64,000 nucleotides of DNA from NCBI RefSeq assembly GCF_964355755.1, contig NC_092673.1, positions 17,667,648 to 17,731,647 of the forward strand, read 5' to 3'. Both the position numbers and the translations under genes were made by a program. This stretch comes from Antedon mediterranea (lineage: Eukaryota > Animalia > Echinodermata). Positions 24,901 through 36,900 of the stretch are shown here, one piece after another. The notes beneath the pieces were generated by a model. That model did no database searches, was not told the origin of the DNA, and saw only the letters and a program-made list of their open reading frames with translations. Each line of letters starts with the position of its first letter. The first letter of the stretch is position 1.

Positions 24901-27900
24901 CTATATATAATTTAACAGAATTGTGATTAAAATGGGATTTCAGTAAAGAGAGAATTAGACGCTAGTGTTATTTAAAAAATCATTTCTGAGCGGTACTGTA
25001 AAAAGGCGAAAAAGTGTGCAACTGATAACAAATAACAAATGGAGAGATTTTATTTATCATAAATAAAACAAACATTTGATTGTTTCCATTTAAAATACTG
25101 TAATAATGGAATGAAGCTAGTATGTGGCATGCTTGCTTGATTTTTGCTTGATTGTTGATTTTTAGGTTATATGCATTATCATGCGATCACGCGATGTACG
25201 CGCGATTTAACGAAATCACGTTTGTAATCATATCTTCACAAGCATGAATCACTTTTAAACAAAATTTTAAAAATAATATAGATCGTCAGAATGCTCGGGA
25301 ACACGTATTTTTTATTTCATTTTCTTGAAGTGTACAGTATGTATAATATGTATGATTTGTTATGAAATTAAGAGAACAAAAGTTGATAAAGTCATCATTA
25401 ATTGCATTTTAAATTTAAAAAAATTTATTTCGACATTCAAAAAATTATGACATTTTCTTAGGCCGAAATAAGAAACTTTCTTCTTTCAAAATAAAAGTTC
25501 ATATATTAAAGTTAAAACTATATAGTTTGACAGTGCATCGTTTTTTAACATTTTTAAAGATGTCATCATAGTAAAACATTATAATTCATTGCGGTATGTA
25601 ATAATCTATCTGCGCCAAAGTGGTTACTGCATAGTAAATACATGGAGGAATCTTTCTACAACTTTTAGTCAGTTGTGTATAGCTCGGTGGTCTGTGCTCG
25701 TGTCTATGGCATTTAAGGTACCGAGATCGAGTCTCACATTGGGAAAGGAAATAAGATTTTTTTTTATTATCCATATTGTTTGTTCAATTTTATTTTTTAG
25801 TGTATAGATTATACACATAATTTATAATGAAATCTATAAAATGTAAGTAATGTCTTTATTATTATGTAACAATGTGGTTTATGACATTATACGCAGAGGG
25901 ATCTTTGATCGAATTGTGATACCAGCTATTGTATTCCCGTTAGCAAGATCCTATATATAAATAATTAAAGATTCTGAGAAAATCAATCAATCAATATATC
26001 TTTAAAAATCAATTATCTTTATTTAAATCAATGCATATAACCTATAATTCGTCATAGTGACGAATTAAATTCTAGTTTTTTTTAAACTTTATTTACTCCA
26101 GATGTTGAAAAAATCTATTAAAATCTTGATTCAATTTTCAGATATTGCTGCACGTGAATTAGATTTTCAGAAAGCATACAATGAAGCCTTGAAAGATGGA
26201 TCCGTCCCAGTCAATCTTGGAATGCTTAAGGTGATTGGACAAGAAGGAGTTGGTAAAACATGCCTCATAAATGCATGTCTTGGAAAGATGTAAGTAGTTG
26301 GACAGTAAAATTGACATTACAAAATACATGTAGGTACTGCCTAATTATAACAATAATAGATAATAGAATTAAATTTTAACATTGTTTTGTAATTTTAAAT
26401 GAAAGATCATTTTAATTGTTGACTAAATAACTGATTTAAAATGTGTATTTTATAAATAAAGACTATTGAAATAGTAACTACTGGTATCTATAATTAAAAA
26501 GAGAAAATTGAATTTTACAGCACTAAAAATGAATGACATTCATTGTTGGTTTCAAATTATTATATTATTATTATATGTATCTCAGATTTGAGGAAGAACA
26601 TAAAGTTACAGATGGCATAGCAGTGATAAGGACTGTAAGCACAACATGGAAAGAGGCTAAAGCTGATAGTGGTAAACATGAATACAAATTAGCATATTAC
26701 TCTTCCCATCATCATACGTTATGTAACAATATTTATCTTTGATCTCATTATCATAGACACAAACAGGCCCACAATGAAACTGAGATGTAGAATGGAATTC
26801 AATAAATGCATACAACTGTAGTATGATGTCAACAGTCATATTTTCACATACATACAGCAATTGTTACTCTATGATCCCTTAACACACAAGCTATTGTTTG
26901 TTGATGTACTGTAATTTTAATTTTACTTTAAATAATCAATCAGTTAAAGTATTGTCACCTATTAATGTATCTGCTGAAATGTCTTTTTTCTGTACAGGTA
27001 ATCCTTCAAAACAGTATACAAAAATCGTCACTGACAAACTGAGAGAAAAGAAAACCAAAGACGTATGTCAATAATAGTGTAATGAAAACATAAAATGAAT
27101 AAAGTAGCACCTACAGGACTATTGCAAACCAGACACTTACGCCCGTATTCTTAAACCGGACTTTAGTCGTAGTTCGAGCTAAAACTAAAAAAATGACGTC
27201 ATTTTAATTCATAAACCGAACTTCAACTAAATCACCGACTAAATCAGGCCAACCTCGACTAAATCGAGACGGATTTTGATCGATTTTTTTAGTCCTGGAG
27301 GGGGCAGGCTAAATGGTCGACTAAATGGTTTTTAAACGATGTTTATAAAAAACGTAACAGTCATTGAGTTGTTATATTGGCCAGATATTGAAGAATGAAA
27401 TATCTATATTTATATTAGCTTAATTAAATATACATTGGTATAAGTTATAATAATGAAAATCATCTTTATTTACAACTGTATACAAATTACATTATTTTCT
27501 TCGCGCAAGTCCGACTTGAACTACGTCACGCCATAGCGACAATGGGAGATGCGGCAATTCACCACGCGATGGAATGTTTAGGAGGCCTTGCGCTTTCTTG
27601 TCACGCTAGGAAGTGCGTGGTTCGTCGCGATCATACTTTGTTGGAGGCCTAGAAAATATGAAAGTTACCGTACCGCCATGGTTCCTAAATATATTTTGAA
27701 GATTTTGTTTGTTGTTAATCAAAAGTACTTCACTGTTAAATTAATACTGATCTTGTTCTAATAATTAACGATTAAAATTATTTTTCATGTATAGTCCTGA
27801 TGCGTAAAAAGTTTTGTAAGAAAATGGAAAGTGATATCAATGCGCAAAATTTCGTCTGCTCCTCAAATACTCTCTTGTCATTGGCCAATGTTTAGCCTTT

Positions 27901-30900
27901 GTTACCCAGACGTGTGCAACTCGACAAAAAGCTCGACTTCATTAAGTCGAACTGCAAACTACTTCGTTTTTGAATCAAATTTGAAGTAATAGCTCGAACT
28001 ACGACTTTTTCAAGTCGAACTTCGAACTACGACTAAAGTCTGGTTTAAGAATACGGGCGTAAGGGTTTCTTTCTAAATGAATCAATGAGGCATTATGATT
28101 CTTTTTCAATCATTTTATAATCCAATTTACTTAAAAAATTAAAGTTGATTTTGCTTTTGAGAGTAAATAATATTAGTTTTCTCTTATATTAAATTGTAAA
28201 CAATACTGTATTTAACTTTGAATAAACATTTGTTTCTTTTTTATATCCATTTATTTATTTTTTTTATGTGTCAGATTGAGATTAAACCACTTACAGATGA
28301 TGATGATGGTATTGTTGTTGACTACAATAACGATGGCAACAATGATGGTATGTAACTTTCCATTAAATTCTAATTATTATTATTATATATTACATAGCCT
28401 ATGTAAATACGCGAACGTGATTGGTTGAAACTGCATCACATGACTACCGCTGCGAGGATAGTAAATCGTATATCGAGAACGATGATATTGACTGAGTAAT
28501 TTTCCCGTAATTATCGTGTCCCCTGTCATTAATCATATAAATTATCGAGTACGATGATATTGACTGTGTAATTTTTGTGTGCAACATTCGCGTTTGCCGA
28601 TAAATAAACAAAAGTCATCTACTGGGTCTTGAACTCGCGATGAAATTGTCACTCCATCACAAGACAACGTTTCATGCTCTGCGCCACACGGAACTTGCTT
28701 GAAGAAATTACTCAACTAAACTATTTAAACTATGCATACATAGCGCCCTCATTTATTTTTAGTCCTCTCTAGAGGTGATGAAACACCGTTTGTGATTGGT
28801 TAATACTCACAGTAGTATCGGGTACGCGCACGACGCACTGAACATCTGGTGATGATTCGACTCGAAAGAAGACGAATTATTATTTATTCGGCCCACCTGA
28901 TAATATTATTATTATTAATGTAGACTTATTGATGGAAATTCTTCTGTTATTATTTAAACGACCTAGGCTAGTGAATATGTTATTGTCAAGGAATCATTAA
29001 TTAGTAATTATCTGTATATTATTCTTCGAAAGGTAAGGTGTCTGGGCAGCTTGTTTACATACAATACAAAAAGGAGGCCTAGCCTAGCTACCCGACCCAG
29101 CAGATATTCTACTTAAGCCCCTTTCTCACAGATGTGCCTGCAATATACCGGTACAGTGCTGGCGTCGTGCCGGTATCGTTACCGGCATATACCCATTCTC
29201 ATCGGACTATCGTGCCGGAAATATAACCGGTATATACCGGCTTTCTGTGAGAAAGGAGTCGGGCATATTCGGCCAATAAAAAGTCTCTGATAAAATAATT
29301 ATTGAGGGCGTCCTTTATTGTTATTATTTTTGTCTAGCGATGATATGGCGGCGAATGTTAAGTTACAGATTATTATCTTCCTTTATAGCATATTTATGCA
29401 ATACATGCTATGTACAGTATATTGTGCATATATTATACAGGTATAGCAATTAATTTGCCGTCATCGGCAATCTGTAAAACACCTTAGAAGGCTGTAGTAG
29501 GCCTACAATCCTACAAGGCGACGAAAGGTCAGGCACCAACAAACAAAGAGTGCCAATATTGAATGGCCTAGCCTAGCGGCCTATAGATTATGCTACAAAT
29601 TTCTTCTTGTCCCCTTATTTTAAGCAGCTCTCTTATCTCATTATCCCTCCAGTTCGACATTATTATTGTTAATTGAATTGAATAGGCGCCAAAGTGATAC
29701 ACTTGACCGCACAAGGTGTCAAAGTCTCGACGGGGAACCCCGGAATATAACGGCGATACGTTCTCACAGAATGCCCGTCTGGCATTGCGGGGAATATCCC
29801 TAGAATATTACTAGGTCTAAAGCAGGTCATGTCGATGCCGGCATGGTGCCGGCATGATGCCAAGACGACCCGTTCTCACAGAAAACCATACCGGCATGGT
29901 AATGGTATATTCCCGCAATATTCCTGGCACACAACTCTGTGAGAAAGGGGCTTTATTGTAATATAACAGATATCGCCTTTTATATCGGTAAAATATAAGA
30001 TTAGACATCCCCTCGGGAATGATATTAAGTTCTTGGGAATTATATATTCCCTCGAACATAATATCATTCCCTCAGGGATGTCTAATCTTATATTTAACCT
30101 CTAAGCAGTCAATATCTGTATAATATTACATTTTTTGTAGTCAAAACACTAATTTGCAATTATCTGTTTGCAATTTCTGTCATATTAAGTTTGTGCTGTA
30201 GTTATTTGAAACAGATTATTAATTAGATTTTCCAATTTAAAGTAACTTTTAATTTTTCTATAAAATTATTAAATTTATGTGATCAGAGTTGGAGGTAAAG
30301 CAACCTATCAAGTGTAACAATTATGGTGACATACTTTTCTACCTCTACTCTGACTATAATGATGACAACAATGATGACGACTCGGTGTAACAATGATTAT
30401 GAAGACTGCAATGATGATAATGACTAGGTGTAACAATGATAATGATAATGAAGACTGCAATGATGATAATGACAATTAAAACAATGATGATAATCAGAAC
30501 AACTATAACAATATGTTAATGACTTTTACAATGATTTAGAAGTGATGCTTGTTTACATGTGTTGAGAGTGACCAAATTGTGTTTCCACTACAGATACTGA
30601 TAGAGCTACTGAAGCTATTCCATTTGATACAGATCAGCAGTTAGATAAAGATGTAATCAAGAAACTTGAGGAAAAAAAGGAGGACCCCTTGGAAGAAACA
30701 TTTAACATCTGGGATCATGGAGGTCAATTAATATACCATGGTATACATCGCGTAAGTTATAATATATGTATTTGCCTTGAAGTTAATATTATATTGAAAT
30801 TGTTTAAATACTTTGTACACAGCCAGTTAAAAGAAAATGTCTCTGTATATACTAACATAATGGTATGACCAAGGTTTAATTTGTTCATTCAGTAATCGCA

Positions 30901-33900
30901 AAATTCTTTCCATGGTACTGCTTTATATAAATTGTTATTACAAATTTTGCCTACGTCAACAAAAAAAGGATTTTCAGTAACTGTTTTCAATCATAACTTA
31001 TTTTAATAGTGTTATATGAATTTGTACTAGAAAAATGCTTTAATATAAAGATTATCAATAGTAAATGTATAAACACAGTTTATAAAAAGACAATTAAAAT
31101 GATACTTATTTATTAAGCTTTAAAGCATATTAATCAAATATTTGAATAAAAACAAATTGTGTTTTTGCAGATGTTCATGACATTACAAGCACTTTATATT
31201 GTAGTGTTCGACCTAAGTGTAGACCTCAATGATCCTGCTGTTTATATTGATTCCAATGGAGTAAGTATTTTGCTATATATTTTATGCATTACAAAGAGTT
31301 TTATTTCATACCTTCCAAATGAGCTGCATAAATTTACATAATTGAAACCTAACCATTTTAATTGTGGTTAGAAATCATTTACTTCTTCATTTCATTTTAC
31401 TAGAACAAAGATAAAATGTTTTTTAAACTAGTCTTTCTTTTTTATAGCAAAAGTGTAAACATCATTGGACCAATCTCCAGTTCATATTATCTTACATCCT
31501 GTCAGTTTATTCTCATAGTCGTATTGTGGAAGAAGACGAGGAGGTTCACAAACCAACTATCCTTATTGTGGGTACACATAAGGGTAAGCTTGGTGAGACT
31601 GAAACAGAACAAAATGATGAGGTTTATAATTACATTATTAAAATTAGCAATCAATCAAGTATACAATTCTGTTCTAAAAGCTAATGTAAAGAAACTAGCT
31701 ACTAGAATACTGTATCGAATACATTCATATCAAAAGTTCTTATATGAATGTATTCTATACAGTACTCTAATAGGACTTGAAGTATTTAGATATTATTTAA
31801 AAGAAATGACAGTTTTTACCTCATGTTTTCATTTATTTAAATTGTTTACAACCAGACAAAGAAGGCCTTTAAAAAGATTCGAGATGCACTTAAACAGAAA
31901 GAGTTTATAAAACATGTGTACAACGTATATTTTGCCGTTGAAAACAGCCAAGAAACTACAGATAAGAGCTTTAGTAATCTCAAACAAGTTATTGATGACC
32001 TTATGACTGCTTTAGAGAAAGAAGTTCCTTTAAAGTGGATGCGTTTTCGATGTGATCTACATGATCTAAGGAGAAAAAAACATTTTTCTTTGTGTCCAGT
32101 TGAAGAGGTAAATTCAATTGGCATCATTCCTCAGTGTTTTGTTTTCAGAATAGAAATATGTTGGAAATAGTAGTATTTAAAAAGGTATAAACAAAAGACT
32201 CTACCCACTATTATAACTACAGTACTATATAATAATATTGATAATATTTTTGTCATATTTTCATCTTCACTGCTCTAAATCTGAATGGTAAAATAATGTT
32301 AATGTAATATAATATAAATAATCCTATCCATGCTGTTATGGTTTCCTATCTGAAAAAAATCATGAGAGCAATTACATCGGCCTAGTATTTTTTATGGAAT
32401 ATTTGCATTGCAACACTGACAATTACATTCTGTGAGAAAAATTGCAGTTACGTTTCCCCCATCCTTCAGATCCAAAGTTATGCAGTACATGTTATCAAGT
32501 AAATTTCAAAACATTTCGGGCTGTAAAGGACAAAACTAATGTTGTAAATGTATACCTACCTTTGGTTTCATATTTTTGATATTTTAGTTGTATCTGAATA
32601 GTAAACAATTTTTTCTTTAGCTCAAAATTCTGGCAAGTAAGAATGGTATTACAGATGAAAAAAAACAATCCTTTCTTCTAAACTTTTTGTACGATCTTGG
32701 TGAAATTGTTTACAGGCCTGACAACAAATTATTGAAAGATAAAGCGGTGTTAGATCCGATGCAGCTGGTTGAAATTGTTACTGCTTTTGTAACGGTCATT
32801 CCACCAGAATTTCCAGTAAGTAGTCTCATGAAAATGTTAATGCAGTGTTTTTTTAGGAAATAATTGAGGTACATTTGAATTCCTATAGGTGCTGTAGTAT
32901 CAAAAGCAATGTCTGACAGTTTCCTTAATTTAACATTGAGGGGTATATTGTATATTAGATGTAATTGCATCTACAAGTCTTTATACATGTGCATCCCTTT
33001 AGACTCTAATTGTTTGATAACTTTAAATAAACACAAAATACTAATTATGGCTAATTGGTGGTGTTTTTTAGCCGGCCACGTATATCGATGCGTTTGATAA
33101 GCTTGACAAGGGCATACTGGAAGAAAAGTTGTTGCAAAAATTATGGAAAGAGCGTAAAGTTGACGACGGAAAGAATTTTGAGTTCCTTGTAGCACTGATG
33201 ATTCAATTAGGTTTCATTTGTGAGAGGAAGACAACCAGCAGCCAAGATGTGGCAAGTACATCTACAGTAGGTTTTATTCAGTTATCTTTTCTAACATGTT
33301 TTTTATGCAAGATTATGAAAAAGAAAAAAAAAATTGTTATGATACATACATAATTGGTGAAATTTTACATAAAATTTCAAAATAATTGTAGGGTTATGAC
33401 ATATCTTGTTTGATCTATCTACTGAAAGATGTTTCCAACATGTACAGGATATGATATTTAATTTTCTAAAAGAAATCTGAATGCCATTTTACAAATCAAC
33501 CATTTCAGGAATTTGTTGGAAAGCGATCATTCTTTGTGCCACTACGTCTTGCTTTCAAGACATCAAGTGAAGTAAAACCAGTGCCTGATGATTCACAATC
33601 TATCAGTATCTATTATGACTTTAAGGGATATCTGCCAGATGTATTGTTTCCATATATGATTATTGATTTCCTCAACAAATTTCAAAAGAAAGGAGTTGAC
33701 CCAATACTGTCATATAATCATGCTGAACTTGACTTCGACCAAGATCATGATGTGACTTTATCTCTTGTCAAATTCATAACTAAGGAAGATGAAAGAAAGT
33801 TCTTGTTAAAGGTACTGTATCATAAAATTTGAATTTGAATAAGTCATAATTTATTCTAAGCATAAACTCAATTAAAATATCAAAACATCATGTTTCTTCT

Positions 33901-36900
33901 TTTTTTAGGTGACTATTAAAAGAACTCCTGCTTGTAATGAAACAAGTAATGATGAACCCTCTTCTGAAGCATGCAAAGAGGTTTGTTCATTTCAGTTTGG
34001 AGAACTATATATTTTTTTTATAGATGTTTTGGTTGATATTGAGGTTGTTATAATATTACATATAGTTTAAAATAATTTAAACATTTAAAATAGGGTGTCA
34101 TCTTAATTTGTATTTTACTTTGTAATTCTTTAGATTGGTTTAGTTTTCAATAATAAATAACACCTAAGCCCACTATTGCTAAGATCTATCATTTATAAAG
34201 TTAAAACTTTATTGATTTCATTATATATATATATAATATAACATTGATTAGTAACAATTGATATAAAAACATCTTTAAAATTAAATTATAAAATGATTTT
34301 AATATAATATCAATTTAAAGTACAAGAAACTTAAAGTACAGTTGTCAAAAACTAGTTGTGATTGACTTTTTTAATATATAACATTAATTAATAACAAATG
34401 ATTTATAAAAACGTCTTCAAAAATTCACTAGATTTGTATTTTAGATATTTATTTTATTTGTTGTTGTTTTAGTTTTCCCTTTTATTGTATTGTAAATTTT
34501 TAGTGAACACAACATTTTAAGAATTTGTGCTACTGATTCAAAGTTGCTACATTAAGTATGTGTTTAATTGTCATATAGTGTTAATTGCAGTTTGCCAATT
34601 TATATTTCTAGGTTTTGTTAACGATCCAGAAGTCATTTGCACCTTCTAAAGATGGTGGTAGAAGAGGGATTCAATTTGAGAGATGCATACTTTGTGATGT
34701 ATGTAGTGATGCATCAGAAAAGAAGCACATTCTAAATCTTGAAGATTTCCAGTATAGAAAGTTAAAATGCACCAAAACTGGCAAGTCTGTTACGATGGAT
34801 GTTACACGTTACAAGCGGCTATTTGTAGGTAAGAGTAATATATATACAAGTTTATTTTCATTTATTTATTTGACCAATAACAATAAACTGAATGAACAAA
34901 ATGATTATTATGTAATTTAATTAAACAAACACATACAAATTATTAAATATCTTCATTCCTCTAATACCAGTAGTAGTACTATCATAATCATTATTGATAA
35001 TCTATACATTGTTACAACATGCTGCTATTAGCTTTGATATCTTCAATCCTCTTACCAGTAGTAGTACTAGTAGAATCATTATTGATAATCTCTACTTAGT
35101 TAAAATATTAAAATATTAACAATCTATTTGTTGATGTCAAGATAGTTAAAATTTAAAAATGTGAATGTTGGAGGTTCAATATTATAAAACTATTTATTTT
35201 TTTTATTTGACAAGAGTTTAATATGTTGGCTGTTAAGTTTGAACCTCATTAGGATGCAACACAAGAATGTAGGCACAACAAGTAATTTGACCAATGACAA
35301 GTGAATAAGCTCAGATGAGCTGTGCATTGCATCTGGGTGTGCATCCATGAGATACTTTGCTGGACCCAATGGTGTCCACTTACAGGAGATTCAACTAATA
35401 TTTTTTATTTTATTTGCAGATGAAACAGAAAAAAAGAGAAGAAATTCAGATCAAGGTAATTGATTGAAATAAGTAGATAAGTTTTGCAAAATGTTGTACT
35501 TTTATGGACTCAATGATATTTAATTATAATAAAGTATTTGCCTTTGTTAATGCTGTGCTGCCCTCAATGTCGATTATTTGGATCTCTAGGATGCAACACA
35601 AGAACGTAGGCACAACAATAGTAATTTGACCAATGACAAGTGAAGGATTGGATAAGCTCAGATGAGCTGTCGCTTGTTGTAGATTACTCGCATGGCAATT
35701 TCATCTTTGTGTCTCAAGTGATTATAGTTAAACATGGTATGCAGTGCTCCTCCTCTCCCTTAACAAACACTTAATTGATACTATCAGCTGAATCTGTCAT
35801 AAGTAGACACTTTTATAAGCAGATACTTTTCTGGACCCAATGGTGTCCACTTACAGAAGGTTCAACTAGTGTAATATTTTTCATTTTATTTGCAGATGAA
35901 ATTGGAAAGGGAAGAAAAAGAAGAAAAACAGACCAAGGTGATTGAAATATTATATATCAGATAAATAGATTATTTAAAAAAAAATTTAAATTGTACCTAT
36001 GTTTTACTTTTATGGATGATAATTATAACATGGGTTCAAGGATGTACAGTAGCCAATCAGATGCGCTGAAATGAATCCCATGGCGCTCTTTATTTTTTCA
36101 CTATCATGCACTGAAGTGGAAAAAGTTCCCAGCTAAAAAGCATAACACCACTGCGTGTAAATCATATGGCAGAGTATTACCGATCGTGCTAGGCATTGTA
36201 CCATTTTCTAGGCTAGGCGGTAATTTGGTCGGCAAGCAAAGTGGTGATTGCTGCTCCCTAGGCCTTGTCGGTGATTTGGTTGCCGAGCAGAGTGGTGATA
36301 ATAATTCACAGACCCATGTTGTAAAACAAATAACGCACAATTCTAAGTTTGTGCGTTACTGGAGATGCAACGCACTCTCTGGTATTAAAAATGTTGTGCA
36401 ACATACACCATTGTAAATACCCTCAAGTTTGCCGCATCTCCTCTAACGCACAAATTTAGACTTGTGCGTTTATTTGTATAATAAATTATTTGTCTTTGTT
36501 AATATCAATGAATGTTATTTTAGCATAAGATGGGTACTATGATTTATTCAGTGCATACATGTTCTAGAAATGGATATGTGTATATGGCACGTCATTGTGA
36601 GAGTCTAACAAATACGCAGAGTATTTATATTATAATATCATGGACTTATAAAGCTCTGTATGTTGTGAAACCTCTCAAAGCGCTGATCATACAGTAGAAA
36701 CTGAGGGAAAAAATTAAACCCAAACCTAAGTATGTGATATGCCCTTGCAATGTGTGACTTGGCCCGTCATCCCCGACTCAAGTGCTTCCTACTCTAGTAA
36801 AGACAATATAACTATAACAAGATATCAAATTTATATTCATGAAAGTGTTTTGGTATTGCGACTCGTAAACAAGCTTAAATTTGGTAAATCACCAGGTGAA

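Noticed and set aside
28390-30123. Larger element surrounding the 29116-29952 MITE (similar case at 36030-36480)
   Set aside because: Looks repeat-derived, but I could not define termini or TSDs well enough to call it.
31416-31910. 164-aa ORF as a separate membrane protein
   Set aside because: An alternative frame overlapping real Roc exons and the intron between them.
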